In this document: positions 20,901 through 30,185 of the stretch, in pieces
Layout of the letters: every line of letters starts with the position of its first letter
Numbering within the stretch: position 1 is the first letter of the stretch
From: Bacteroidota bacterium
GTDB lineage: Bacteria > Bacteroidota > Ignavibacteria > Kapaibacteriales > UBA2268
Length of the DNA: 64,000 nucleotides
Direction: 5' to 3'
Assembly (NCBI GenBank): GCA_021780815.1
Contig: JAJXYC010000009.1
Span: 31,157 to 95,156 of the forward strand
Notes under the pieces: model-generated
Databases searched by the model: none
What the model was told of the DNA's origin: nothing
The model's input: only the letters and a program-made list of their open reading frames with translations
Translations under genes and position numbers: made by a program

Positions 20901-22880
20901 TCCATTAGACCAGTTGAAAGAGACACCTCTGTAATTGATACAACATATTATAGTGGCGATGAATTCGGTCAAGGTGGTCCAGGTAATGTTATTATACAAA
21001 CTAAACCAGCATGGATGAACTATAATAATATGTATTTCTATGGATCAGATACAGAGAAAGATACTTACGGTTCAGACTTTACTACATTTGGAAGATTAAA
21101 TATAAGAATCCCGAGAAATCAAGTTATGCCTTATTTAATTCCACAAAATCAAACTAATATGTCCTTAAATACAGATACAACATTTGTAATTGCTTGTAAT
21201 GACGGACATGGTGGAGTAACAAATAAGAGATTAGATTTGTTTATTAACGTTCAACCACAAATAACAACAACTTCGTTGCAAGATGCAACAGAAGGAACAG
21301 ATTATAATCCACAATTACTTGATTCGACAAAGAGAATTATGATTTATGATCCAAACTTTGGACAAAAACATAAATATTCATTAGTATATGTTGATGATAG
21401 TAGAGCAACAATTGCAATTGATGATTGTTTCTCGGATGCAGGTTCATTTGATTTAACAAACTTAAAAACTACACCAAAATGGTTAAAAATTGACAAAGAA
21501 ACTGGTTTGTTATACGGAACTCCAGGAGTAAAAGATTCACCAGCAAATATATTAGTAACTGTTGTTGTTGAAGATGAAAATGGATTACGTGATTTGAAAC
21601 AAATACCAATGAAAGTCAATTCAATTAATCATAATCCATATATCGCAGGTGTTCCACCTGTAAGATGTATTGATTACGGTAAAGAATATCAAGATTACGT
21701 AAAAATCATTGATCCAGATTTAATGAGAAATAATTCAACAGAAACTATTACACTAACATTGACAGATGGACGTGATAATCCAATTACATCAGACTTGTTA
21801 ACTATCGATCCACAAGTTATTACTGGTGACGGCGTAAATGATACAGTTCAAGTAAAATTGTCAACATCGAAATTTGCACTTAATCCAGAAAAAGATGGTA
21901 AAATTACAATTCATATAATTGCAACTGACAAAGCAGGAAAATCAGATACATTGACATACAGATTACAAATTTCACAAGAAACTGACTTTGTATGTAATAT
22001 CAATGTAACAAATGCACGTGGAGCAACACAAGTACTTCAATTCGGTACATCATCACAACCAAATGCAAAAGGTGGTGTAACAACAGGTGATGGAACAGAT
22101 AGCCCAGATTTCTTAGGTTATTTAGACTATGACTTATGTGAATTTGAATTACCACCATTGCCACCACTTGATGTATTTGATGCTCGTTGGTTAATACCAT
22201 TAAGAAACGGAACACTACGTAATATCTATCCAGTTGCTACTGGTACAACTCCAAGACAAGAAATCTACAAAGCTAGATTCCAAGCTGGTGGAGAAAATGG
22301 TGGAACATCAACATTGTACCCAGTAACAATTAGTTGGAAACCAAGTGAAGTTCCAACAGTGGATAATACACAAGCTAATCCAACCGGTTCAGTATGGTAC
22401 ATCAGAGACTTCTCATCTAATGGAAATATATTCAGTTTTGAAATGACACAACCAGATAAGAAGTTCAAGAAAACAGCTGATATCGTTAGTGGATTTAGTT
22501 CACAAGACCCAACATTGTTCCAAATTATTATCAATAATCCATCACTTAACTCATTTATCATTCTTCATGACTGGTTAAATAGTGTAGATGGAAATCAAAC
22601 AATCGTTAGTGGAATAAATTCAGTTAATCCTAATCCAGTATCAAATAACTCAGTTATTACTTATGGAGTTGATAAACCTGCACAAGTGAAATTAGATGTT
22701 GTTGATAATTTAGGAAACATTGTAATGACATTAGATGATTCGTACAAAACAGTGGGAACTTACACATTGAACTGGAATGGTATTGACCAAAGTGGTAGAG
22801 CATTACCATCAGGTGCATATACTATTAGAATGTTAGTTGGTAATGAAACATCAACTTACCCAGTAGTTGTAGTTCGCTAA
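14910..22880 (+). CDS. Giant secreted cell-surface protein: right-handed beta-helix repeats plus Ycf48-like/BNR beta-propeller and T9SS C-terminal domain
   Basis: 2656 aa with a signal peptide. Recurring GGAIY/GGALY beta-helix motifs. At residues approx 840-1100, tandem GxxGxILKTxDGGxTW repeats typical of BNR/Ycf48-like propellers. C-terminus (NPVSNNSVITYGV...GAYTIRMLVGNETSTYPVVVVR) fits the T9SS CTD. Confidence 0.7.
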   Translation: MKRLFRLSILMVLLGVLSFGTILAQKQVFVSGRIAPGDVRIFVKDSVYIIDRDYVIGGTLIIEPSTTVYFYPNGRIIDSTGGRIIADGYASSSYTANPGGLNPIAPGSPYDGYSDPGYFLYNTGSVKTVNVTTSRDLTVNPSKYNYLFNVVFDTLNKKIIDLADPTDPSGVYGNYQGNNNLIVISFEQAIMWQAARLQFAPSDVNIKMNPWQRINQGQINVQNGEIKFIGSPVSNFSREWGHFIILPGARAAFFRYASFNGFRKDTTVDNKGLYNVNAYPWAATVNKELNQLTNGAGGAITTFSSRTWLIDVTFKNNMARYRGGALQILQAPEGFPVASTTLDYYPLDKNPNITNKDLSLSSILSKNPVLRTDNIDETTAEPLSDNDRMAYDDGRLALYLGRIRGLKMDHNYVQIANVVTKNIGGVMVVTDDVDNPANYPQKYGNGAFGGAIYIAGRDENRQIEVGLGINDAIKINGTTVQFPKYDTFIATMNFAANFQQAGSSEGARGGALYIGDYTSMIVAGEYSQNETYTKFMQDANNGKNSGYYSMGGAIFLSQTQGRLQIHGGPRRADYNNSTLFYDNRAGAGGAIYVDGNAFPDKSPIIGGTDLPLDARNFGFGIKFNQNKAVSWGGAIFTNRNFWINGSGGTQSGALIGYDGNYSVVFDGNTAGYAGGAIHVSIPVSDITPLSQRTVQMFRTRFLNNTVGEDITGDNRLEVRGGGAIYALNAELNLLKGVEFNANAVRNGNGAAIAFINPTNEVKRYFLSDVDVANLNESTGLVDGYTSTNDIFTYNTNIPATASMLTRFIDNKISIDDDILQSQSGSGATQLWQGTAQTTEKLLGTYWINPSNGVAVGYNGIIVRFTNGGTNWSYPSSPTSYRLESVIFTNESTGFAVGDRGVILKTDDGGYNWRIIAGVPTDKCIQDVNFVGTNYGFAVTENGQILVSTDAGETWTLKHNTSNSLNGVYFKTNLIGYAVGQNGAVLKTVDGGLNWVVVSIPGLHDDLNKVIFINNSTGFAVGKNGTLIKTVDGGDTWDITNTGTPYTLQSISFYGTSVGYIAAQYGTILKTTDGGATWNALTSGTSYSVNDINVVDANTIYAVGDVGMLLKTTDAGATWNNMKPADQSYVDVKRYHQEINFPENGVGLGAGIYILDRLTDKFVPRQDSIMFNRVRFEGNESYTGSAIYSDNYDLKLIFNRSLITDNTALSEVGKAQNYITGAVFQDAQKNVTGNFASSDLAGATIYGEVQGPLPYSIFSEAANSIYGNQARFLIRLPDAPNTKGILAGTTGIGFGGTDTLRGNYWGHTEADVNLALSNMKIKFYNENTGETQEYDNVVNETFFIEKGDTSYLPYIYPATSDPRNQGPFEMYGTVMNGTVEQVKEFVYTPIPAKNGVDENTTDAMSIPEKYLFSGRIYDIYDKGTDIKTADYSKRRLVPIEDFAVGIPPIVKRYTDNTMPSYGKYIKLWTRDPYYVESGSYPQLSALQTEFHADKDGNYYHPIGYPLYMEASVDYSGDDNTVNNDYHLLNQTVYFVINETTGDYIRVPLTQVSEVAPSNEVFRATVELVPDLSRRNANPLIRRTAEGLANYGTGPFLLENLFRNPYKEDAGALQGRKYIADYQQFGTVPDLFSNRLGMPQSNFLNGISNTTFFAGEKYTALPVNVGDVVRIISRTSLWRDGANKAYEDGISFVITGSTEPPVFTGNIPTLDNVTPKEFKDKIFVSEDRSYPADISAPYSQLDDPTRRGRDSIITITAIDPNQLYDPRSWDNNNWSNQYPQITYSWSVDQNSAAYRWLLADTVKSSSDMTWGARGYIHLHGQPLNPYVVPGGDSVTVGAANYPPNFRTLDSLKAVGAPQDVIDRFIETFPSYYSSPVYDVANARFLQQDTIDFGKSYTRFQGFRIFVVDSVPRFIDPGTPQTELGPVKVITNLDTRQTEDKYYTPSVYTCKTTADGRLIANLTDKLRFQIDLNTDDENEDSWATKWNWTYGRTAYGFANTSIRPVERDTSVIDTTYYSGDEFGQGGPGNVIIQTKPAWMNYNNMYFYGSDTEKDTYGSDFTTFGRLNIRIPRNQVMPYLIPQNQTNMSLNTDTTFVIACNDGHGGVTNKRLDLFINVQPQITTTSLQDATEGTDYNPQLLDSTKRIMIYDPNFGQKHKYSLVYVDDSRATIAIDDCFSDAGSFDLTNLKTTPKWLKIDKETGLLYGTPGVKDSPANILVTVVVEDENGLRDLKQIPMKVNSINHNPYIAGVPPVRCIDYGKEYQDYVKIIDPDLMRNNSTETITLTLTDGRDNPITSDLLTIDPQVITGDGVNDTVQVKLSTSKFALNPEKDGKITIHIIATDKAGKSDTLTYRLQISQETDFVCNINVTNARGATQVLQFGTSSQPNAKGGVTTGDGTDSPDFLGYLDYDLCEFELPPLPPLDVFDARWLIPLRNGTLRNIYPVATGTTPRQEIYKARFQAGGENGGTSTLYPVTISWKPSEVPTVDNTQANPTGSVWYIRDFSSNGNIFSFEMTQPDKKFKKTADIVSGFSSQDPTLFQIIINNPSLNSFIILHDWLNSVDGNQTIVSGINSVNPNPVSNNSVITYGVDKPAQVKLDVVDNLGNIVMTLDDSYKTVGTYTLNWNGIDQSGRALPSGAYTIRMLVGNETSTYPVVVVR

Positions 22881-22893
22881 TCTTCATAAATTT

Positions 22894-22920
22894 GGGTTGC
22901 TCTTATAAAAAGAGCAACCC
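22894..22920. other. Stem-loop immediately after the giant ORF (GGGTTGCTCTT-ATAAAA-AAGAGCAACCC)
   Basis: Perfect 11-bp inverted repeat seen directly. No downstream T-tract on either strand, so it is not a canonical intrinsic terminator. Confidence 0.3.
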
Positions 22921-22968
22921 AAAGTGAAGAATAATAGGAATATTATAATTAAAATAAAGGAGTTAAAT

Positions 22969-24903
22969 ATGAAGAGATTATTCAAAATAACTATCAGACT
23001 GATGATATTCTTTCTGATAGTTGGAATAACGACTCAACTGAAAGCACAAGTTTTTGGAGAATTCGATACAGTTAGAGTGGTAACTTCAATATATCAACCT
23101 TTGAATCCTAATGATACAGGGGTTGTTGTTATACCACGTGATGAATTCGGGTTACCACCAAATTTTGATGTTCCTGATTATGATGATGGTTATAAACAAA
23201 TTGATATTGGATTTGATTTTGAATTCAATGGAGAAGTTTATAATAAATTATGGATTAACATCAATGGCTTTGTTACTTTCGGGAAGAAAGAAAACAATAC
23301 AATACAATTGCCACCATTTTTACCACCAAAGGATCCAGATGGATTGTTCCTTGATGCAAACTCATATCCTGTAAATGTTATTGCACCTTACTGGGGAGAT
23401 CACTATTACAGAGGACTAGAAGATTTGAATGCAAGAAACTTTAAACCATCTTCAATTTTATACTATACTGATGGTAATGTGTTAATCATAGAGTGGAAAG
23501 ACTTAAACATCAATTACAATTATCAGGGAAAAGATTTAAAGAACAGTATTGGTAATTTCCAATTAAAATTATTTAAATCTAATGACCCTTATTCAAAACA
23601 AGGCGATATAGAATTCCATTATGGATTAGTTGGAGGTAATCAATATTTACAATCAACTGATGATAATAGAATTGTAACAAAAGGTGCTACAATTGGATTA
23701 AAAGGAGAAGGGAAAATCGTAGGAACAGATGCTGATTTTATTAACGCATTTTATAATGATGTGTTCTTTGCTGCAAATCCAACAGTTCCTTATACTGCAA
23801 CAAATACAACAAAATCATATTCAAATGATTGGCCACCAACAACTGTAAAAGAAGCTAAATTCTACTTTAAAGCATTCAAGAGCTTTAATATTGAAGAGTT
23901 CTGGGGTGATGGTGATGTTGATTTCTCGAAAGCACCAGGAAACAAAAACTATAACTATGGCTATCCAATTCAAGCAAAATACGTTACAGTAAACGATGCT
24001 AGATTAATTATGAAATCTGTTGCAACAGAAACTCCATTAGATCCAATACGTCGTCGTGCTGCTTATCATGGTGATGTAAACCATAATGGTCGTTATTACT
24101 ATGATGCAAATGGTGTTCGTAAAGATATTACTACTCAAAGTGATAACTACGCTGATGACCTTCCAAGTGAAGTTAGTTCTATTAAGCAAGTGTTGTTTGA
24201 AGCTAATGAATATGATGCCGCTTTAATATTATCTTATATTGCAGCAAAAATTCCTGAACTTCCATGGTTACTTGATACAACTATAATTAGAGGTAAAACA
24301 TCTGCAGAACTATCTAAATTTGATATTAATACAGGTGCAGTGAATTCATTAGGTAATAACTTATATGAAATTCCTGTTTATTTGAATCAAAACTTAGAAG
24401 GTGCACTTGGCTTGCATGCTAAACTTGATGGTGAAATTGTAAGTGTTAATTCAACTTCTGATTTGATGACTACTTATAATGGCGGTAATTTAGTTTTAGC
24501 TGGTAGTGGTAAATTTGACACGTCTGACCCAATTGCAAGCGTAATTGTAAAAACTAATAATAATACTATTGCAATGAATGATGTACGTTTAAATGATGTG
24601 CAAAAATCTAACAAGAAAATTGCATTGAATGGCAACGTAGATTTGACAGGATTAAGCGTTACAACTATTTCTAATCCCGTGAACTCAAGTTCAATCAGCT
24701 TTGTAGTGAATATACCAGATAATGGAAATTATTCATTAAAAGTTTATGATATGTTCGGTAAAGAAGTAGCAGTAGTTGCTAATTCTGAATTTGCAAAAGG
24801 TTCTTATGTACTTAATTTATCAAATACATTAAGCACAGGTGCTTATTTCTATAAAATAGAAGGTAATGGAAATACAGCAACTGGTAAAATGATAGTTGAA
24901 TAG
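22969..24903 (+). CDS. Secreted hypothetical protein with T9SS C-terminal sorting domain
   Basis: ORF track starts at 22924. A better start is the ATG at 22969, preceded by AAGGAG and giving the signal peptide MKRLFKITIRLMIFFLIVG. C-terminus (YSLKVYDMFGKEVAVV...GAYFYKIEGNGNTATGKMIVE) is CTD-like. Confidence 0.55.
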   Translation: MKRLFKITIRLMIFFLIVGITTQLKAQVFGEFDTVRVVTSIYQPLNPNDTGVVVIPRDEFGLPPNFDVPDYDDGYKQIDIGFDFEFNGEVYNKLWININGFVTFGKKENNTIQLPPFLPPKDPDGLFLDANSYPVNVIAPYWGDHYYRGLEDLNARNFKPSSILYYTDGNVLIIEWKDLNINYNYQGKDLKNSIGNFQLKLFKSNDPYSKQGDIEFHYGLVGGNQYLQSTDDNRIVTKGATIGLKGEGKIVGTDADFINAFYNDVFFAANPTVPYTATNTTKSYSNDWPPTTVKEAKFYFKAFKSFNIEEFWGDGDVDFSKAPGNKNYNYGYPIQAKYVTVNDARLIMKSVATETPLDPIRRRAAYHGDVNHNGRYYYDANGVRKDITTQSDNYADDLPSEVSSIKQVLFEANEYDAALILSYIAAKIPELPWLLDTTIIRGKTSAELSKFDINTGAVNSLGNNLYEIPVYLNQNLEGALGLHAKLDGEIVSVNSTSDLMTTYNGGNLVLAGSGKFDTSDPIASVIVKTNNNTIAMNDVRLNDVQKSNKKIALNGNVDLTGLSVTTISNPVNSSSISFVVNIPDNGNYSLKVYDMFGKEVAVVANSEFAKGSYVLNLSNTLSTGAYFYKIEGNGNTATGKMIVE

Positions 24904-24917
24904 AAAAGTTCATTGAA

Positions 24918-26090
24918 ATGAAAAGAATATTCTCGCCGGTAATATTAATTGTAACACTGGTACTTTTAAGTGCCGGCGGGAAATTATTCTCACAATTTGT
25001 CCCTTATATTCAAGTAAATCAAATTGTAGATGCTTGTGACAGTGTCTCAAAAATAAGGTTGATACTTTCAGTGAATATAGGTGCAATTGCGAAAAGTGAT
25101 TCGTTGTATGGGTACGATTTAGAAATTAAATATGACCCTACAAAAATAAAAATATTAAATTATTTAGCGGGAAATACACTTTCCGAGTTCTTTGAAGAAA
25201 GAAGTTTTAATTTTGCTCTTGATAGCAATACAATAAAAGGATATGCTACAACATTTAATTTTAACTATCCTCCTTCTTATGGAGATAGCATATTAATTGC
25301 TTTCTCTGCCGAGTGGATTGGTGGTAATTGTGCTGATAGCAGTATAGTAAGCTTAACAGGATTGAATTTTACAGAAGAATTCAAGAAAAAGATGAGTGAT
25401 TCATTAGGTTATGGAGTTGTTTATTCTATGCCTTTTAAAAATCCTAATAGGATAGCGAGTATTACTAATGATAAAAAAACTGTTTACCTTACTGATAATC
25501 AAAATGAGTTTAACTATAATTTAAAATTGTTGCTACCTAACTATAATTACTTTAAACAATTGGAATTAGACTTTAATGCAAAAGACACAATTTTAATTGA
25601 TGGAATAACTCCAACAAGCAACAATTTGAAAGTTGATAAAATAGCAGATAATGACTTCTTGATTACCAATAATTCTGAAAATTCAATAAACGAATTAGAT
25701 TTATTAGTTCAAGCACAATATTTGTTGAAAGATACTATAAAAAATTATCCTTTAATGTTAAATTTAGTTAAATTTAACGATTGTAGTTGCATATTAGATT
25801 TTACGCAAGAACAATTATTAATAAATAAAGACTCTAATTTTGTGAATGTTGTTTTAGAAAAAAATACAGAACAGATTTACAATAATTCAGATGAAATTAT
25901 AATTAATAATTCGGATAACCAAATAAATAAAGTAGTGGTTTTCAATGTTCTTGGTGAGCAAATATATAATAAAGATGCATATAACGAGAGTGAAATTAAA
26001 ATTTCTACACAAACACTAAATAAAGATGTATATTTTATATTAATATATAAAGGTAACAAAATTGAAAAATATAAGTTTTATAAATGTTAA
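24918..26090 (+). CDS. Secreted hypothetical protein (T9SS CTD-like C-terminus)
   Basis: 390 aa with a signal peptide (MKRIFSPVILIVTLVLLSAG). C-terminal VVVFNVLGEQIYNKDAYNESEIKISTQTLNKDVYFILIYKG resembles the Por secretion tail. Confidence 0.45.
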   Translation: MKRIFSPVILIVTLVLLSAGGKLFSQFVPYIQVNQIVDACDSVSKIRLILSVNIGAIAKSDSLYGYDLEIKYDPTKIKILNYLAGNTLSEFFEERSFNFALDSNTIKGYATTFNFNYPPSYGDSILIAFSAEWIGGNCADSSIVSLTGLNFTEEFKKKMSDSLGYGVVYSMPFKNPNRIASITNDKKTVYLTDNQNEFNYNLKLLLPNYNYFKQLELDFNAKDTILIDGITPTSNNLKVDKIADNDFLITNNSENSINELDLLVQAQYLLKDTIKNYPLMLNLVKFNDCSCILDFTQEQLLINKDSNFVNVVLEKNTEQIYNNSDEIIINNSDNQINKVVVFNVLGEQIYNKDAYNESEIKISTQTLNKDVYFILIYKGNKIEKYKFYKC

Positions 26091-26112
26091 TAAACAAAAT
26101 AAGGAGTTTGTA

Positions 26113-29100
26113 ATGATGAAGATTTTCTCGCTATCACGCTATGGTGGGAAAGTATTTGGGCTACTTTTCTTAGCTATGTTTTTAGTTACCGCAACAGCAG
26201 AAGCTATTGTAACTAGACCACAATCGCCCGTACTTTCATTAACGGCTGATATGGAAGGATACGACAATACAATCTACCCAGATGGTAGATTATGGATTCC
26301 TCCTTCATCCGCAACAGAAAGAGAAATTTTGGTGCCTGTATTTATCCAAAATAACTTTTTCACATTTGACGCAACACAATATGTAGTACCCCCAATTTAT
26401 AGCTTTACTTTTTCTGTATTTTATGACGCAGCGGCAGTACAAGCAACAGGTGTTCAAACAGAGCACCCAGATTATATGGGGAATATTCTTTCATTGAATG
26501 GTACTATTGATGAGGATCCTCCATTAGCTTATGGATGGAATATTACTTGGAATGACCAACAAGATTGGAACTTCTGGAAGTATATTGACTATGATACTTG
26601 GAATCAAATTAAAGATGCTCCTGGTACACAAGTAAAACGTGGTCGTAGAATTACCATTACTGGAACATCAGTAACACCAATGAGACATAATGATCCAATG
26701 TTCACAGATCAATGGTATGTTTTATTATACATCAAATTTAAAATTATTGGTAAACAAAATATTGGTGATCCTAACACAACTTATTTGCAAACACCAATGT
26801 ATATTTCACCTGATGAAATCAAATACAATGATTTAGATGTTACTAAACAACTAGCTTATGAAGGATTTTCACACATATATAAGAACCCAGCAACAGATTA
26901 TCCTTCGCTGTCTGCTTATCCAGGTCTTGGTGGATTAGATAATGAAGGATTAGTTCAACCCGATTTGTACTTGAAAGAGCCTTATAAACCAGGTTCAATT
27001 ATGGTTCGTATTTCCAACGGAGAACCTGAATTTTGGTTCCCATCAGATGCTAATGGCAACTATTCTATTACAAGAGTAGGTGATGCTGAATGGAGTTTAG
27101 ATCAAATTATCACAATTGATTCAAATAATACAACTAACCTTGTTGGAAGACAGAAAATTGTTATATCAAATGATGTTGAACGTTCCCGCTTGAACTACGT
27201 TTCAATAGAATCAGACCAACCTTGGCTTATGACTACAACTGATGATGATGGAACAGCTCGCAGAGCACGTTCAATTAAATACTTAGATAATGATATTTTA
27301 GGAGTATTGAATGATCCAGCTGGAAATGCTACAATAGGTCAAGGTCCATTTAATTTAAATATTATTTGTGACCCAACTAAATTGAACTTAAATGACCCAA
27401 CTGATGGTGAAAAAACTGGTGTTCACGTAGGATATTTAACATTTAAATCTCCAGTTGCAAAATACAACAATGTTAGATTAAAAGTTACATTTATATATGT
27501 TCGCCCACCTTATGAACCAGCAGGACCTAAGAATGTAACTGGTTATCCAGGTGGAATATTCTTAACAATCCGTAACTCACGTGGCGCACAAGGCGATGTG
27601 AAAAATTTAGTTTTTGGAACAGGCTATCGAGCTACTAATGGCGTTGATTCACTCTTTGGTGAATATCACCCAGCTACTGGTATTGATACAACAGTATTTG
27701 ATGCAAGATTCTATCCTTACGCACCTATATATCCTAATGAAGCTGCAAAATATCCAAATGGTTTTGGAGATTTTTCGCCTAATGTTAAAGCTCCATACAC
27801 TGCTTCCCGTGATATTCGTGATTATAATTATAATGGTTCACATATTTTCTACGTTAAATTTAATGCTGGTGGAGTAAGCAATTATCCAGTAGTACTTACT
27901 TGGGATACTCGTCAATTCCCTGATGGAGCAAGAGTATTTTTAAGAGATACTTTAAATGGACAACTCTTCCAACCAATTGATATGAGAACTGGTACTCCTA
28001 CTGACGGACAAGGTTATATTCGTTCATTTACTTTCCAAGATGCTTCGATTAATTCATTCATTATTGAATATACTTTACCAAAAGATATAAAATTTGTTGA
28101 TGCAAATGATCAACCAATTATTAAGAAAGGTTGGAACTTTATTTCTTTACCTGTACGTCCAGTGAACACTACTTGGAATGTAGTTTATCCACATGCAATC
28201 AATATACCTTACTTCTTCTCTCAAAATCAATATCAACAAGAAGCAAATTTGAGAGTTGGAGTTGGTTATTTTGTTAAATATGGTGATTCGGTAGATAAAA
28301 ACTTTACTGGTTCGTCATTTACTTTAATTCAAGCACCTTATGACGCAATTAAAGTTTATCCAGGGGATGCTCCTGATGTTGATGACCCAACAATTAGTGG
28401 CGGTTGGAATGCTATTGGTTCTGTTTCTACACCTGTTAATATTACAAGTGGGTTACAATTTACTCAATTTGAAAAATCACCTGTTCCTACACCTGATTAT
28501 TCATTGAAATATGGTGTTTGGGGTTATAATACAGATAATGGTTATAAAGAAGTTTCAGAAATTTTACCTGGATTAGCATATTGGGTTAAAGTTAATGGAA
28601 CTGGTTATTTGAAATTAATTGGTGGAACACCTAAATCAAGTGTAGATATCAATTCAAGTAAACAAGATATATTATCTGCTACTTCAAAATTAACTATTGC
28701 AGATAATGCACAACATGTGAATACACTTTATTTGACAAACAACAATACAATAGATGCTTCAATATTCGAATTACCACCTGTACCACCTGCTGGTTTGTTT
28801 GATATTCGCTTTAGTAACAATTTGTATTTAAGTAATTCTAATGTAAGTGTAGTAAAATTACAAGGTGTTGCTTATCCAGTATTGTTTACAATGGATAATC
28901 CAAATGCAAATTATGTAGTTACTGATGCAGTATCTGGTAAAGCTTATGGCACAATCAACAAAAATAATAAATCAATTATCATTGATAATACTACTTTTGG
29001 TGCCATAAAGATTGAAAAATCAAGTATTGTTTCTAACTTGGCTATTTCAGTATATCCTAACCCAGTTAATAATATTTCAAGTGTAGATTTTGCTGTTGTA

Positions 29101-29292
29101 GAAAATGGTAATGCTACTTTGAAATTATATAACGAAGTAGGAAATGAAGTTATGACTCTTGCTAATGGAACATATAATAGTGGTGTTTATTCAGTTTCAT
29201 TGAATGCCGCTACTTTACCTTCTGGTACTTATATGTTGAAATTAACTAATGGTTCAAACTTCCAAGTAGTAAAAGTAAACATTGTAAAATAA
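26113..29292 (+). CDS. Large secreted hypothetical protein with T9SS C-terminal sorting domain
   Basis: ORF track starts at 26062. The likely start is the ATG at 26113 after AAGGAG, which avoids overlap and begins the signal peptide MMKIFSLSRYGGKVFGLLFLAMF. C-terminus (ISVYPNPVNNISSVDFAV...GTYMLKLTNGSNFQVVKVNIVK) is a clear T9SS CTD. Confidence 0.6.
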   Translation: MMKIFSLSRYGGKVFGLLFLAMFLVTATAEAIVTRPQSPVLSLTADMEGYDNTIYPDGRLWIPPSSATEREILVPVFIQNNFFTFDATQYVVPPIYSFTFSVFYDAAAVQATGVQTEHPDYMGNILSLNGTIDEDPPLAYGWNITWNDQQDWNFWKYIDYDTWNQIKDAPGTQVKRGRRITITGTSVTPMRHNDPMFTDQWYVLLYIKFKIIGKQNIGDPNTTYLQTPMYISPDEIKYNDLDVTKQLAYEGFSHIYKNPATDYPSLSAYPGLGGLDNEGLVQPDLYLKEPYKPGSIMVRISNGEPEFWFPSDANGNYSITRVGDAEWSLDQIITIDSNNTTNLVGRQKIVISNDVERSRLNYVSIESDQPWLMTTTDDDGTARRARSIKYLDNDILGVLNDPAGNATIGQGPFNLNIICDPTKLNLNDPTDGEKTGVHVGYLTFKSPVAKYNNVRLKVTFIYVRPPYEPAGPKNVTGYPGGIFLTIRNSRGAQGDVKNLVFGTGYRATNGVDSLFGEYHPATGIDTTVFDARFYPYAPIYPNEAAKYPNGFGDFSPNVKAPYTASRDIRDYNYNGSHIFYVKFNAGGVSNYPVVLTWDTRQFPDGARVFLRDTLNGQLFQPIDMRTGTPTDGQGYIRSFTFQDASINSFIIEYTLPKDIKFVDANDQPIIKKGWNFISLPVRPVNTTWNVVYPHAINIPYFFSQNQYQQEANLRVGVGYFVKYGDSVDKNFTGSSFTLIQAPYDAIKVYPGDAPDVDDPTISGGWNAIGSVSTPVNITSGLQFTQFEKSPVPTPDYSLKYGVWGYNTDNGYKEVSEILPGLAYWVKVNGTGYLKLIGGTPKSSVDINSSKQDILSATSKLTIADNAQHVNTLYLTNNNTIDASIFELPPVPPAGLFDIRFSNNLYLSNSNVSVVKLQGVAYPVLFTMDNPNANYVVTDAVSGKAYGTINKNNKSIIIDNTTFGAIKIEKSSIVSNLAISVYPNPVNNISSVDFAVVENGNATLKLYNEVGNEVMTLANGTYNSGVYSVSLNAATLPSGTYMLKLTNGSNFQVVKVNIVK

Positions 29293-29311
29293 AAATGTAG
29301 TGATACGTTTA

Positions 29312-29348
29312 AATGGGTAGTAGGTATTCCTGCTACCCATTCTTTTTT
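29312..29348 (+). terminator. Rho-independent terminator
   Basis: AATGGGTAGTAGG-TATT-CCTGCTACCCATT 13-bp stem with one G:U pair, followed by TCTTTTTT. Confidence 0.6.
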
Positions 29349-29365
29349 AAGTAGAAAGTAAAAAA

Positions 29366-30172
29366 ATGAAGAAAAGATACAATTTAAATTTATTTTTTAT
29401 TATCACATTAGTTTCTGTGATTGTTCCTGTCTTCTCAATAAAAGCACAATTAAATCAAAATGTTTTTGTGCAAATTTTATTAGAAAACGATAAAAATAAA
29501 CCTTGGGAAAATTTATACTTTGGTATTGCTCCTGATGCTACTGATGGTATGGATTCAGTTTATAATGAATACGAAATTCCTGATATACCATTGCCTGCGG
29601 GAATATTTTATGCAGTGATGCTTACTTACAGCCCAACAGAAAACAAAGATATTTGGTCATATCGTAGTATTGTAGGACCCTCAAAGGACAAGGATTCAGT
29701 GAAATTTATGAGGGAATTTAGGTTTAAAGTATTTTATGGAAATGGGACTTATGTCCGAATGAGCTGGCAAAAACTACCGAAATATCTTGATTCTGCTATT
29801 ATTTCTGACCCTTATGGAGCTTGGTTTAAAGTTAATATGGCAGACAAAGATTCTGCGACCAATTCAGAAATATTAGTTGACCAATTCAATATTTATGCTT
29901 ACTATAATCTTGACCCGAACTCTGTACAAGTGGTTCAAGAAAAAAATTCAATAATTTATCCCAATCCTGCAAAAGATTTTTTAGTTATTAATTCTGATGA
30001 TGATATAAAATCTATAGAGATTTGTAATATTTTAGATTTTAAATTGTTATTACGTATTAATTATGACAATTCTCCAATTAATATTTCAAATTTAGAAAAT
30101 GGCACGTATTTTTTAAAATTGATTAATTCTAAAGGGAAAATATCGGTCAAAAAACTTGTAATATTAAGATAA
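29366..30172 (+). CDS. Secreted hypothetical protein with T9SS C-terminal sorting domain
   Basis: 268 aa with a signal peptide. C-terminal IIYPNPAKDFLVINSDDDIKSIEICNILDFKLLL...GTYFLKLINSKGKISVKKLVILR is a canonical Por_Secre_tail. Confidence 0.6.
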   Translation: MKKRYNLNLFFIITLVSVIVPVFSIKAQLNQNVFVQILLENDKNKPWENLYFGIAPDATDGMDSVYNEYEIPDIPLPAGIFYAVMLTYSPTENKDIWSYRSIVGPSKDKDSVKFMREFRFKVFYGNGTYVRMSWQKLPKYLDSAIISDPYGAWFKVNMADKDSATNSEILVDQFNIYAYYNLDPNSVQVVQEKNSIIYPNPAKDFLVINSDDDIKSIEICNILDFKLLLRINYDNSPINISNLENGTYFLKLINSKGKISVKKLVILR

Positions 30173-30185
30173 AATATACAATTAA

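Noticed and set aside
22894-22920. Perfect 11-bp hairpin after the giant ORF as a terminator
   Set aside because: No T-tract follows on either strand. Kept only as a low-confidence structural element.
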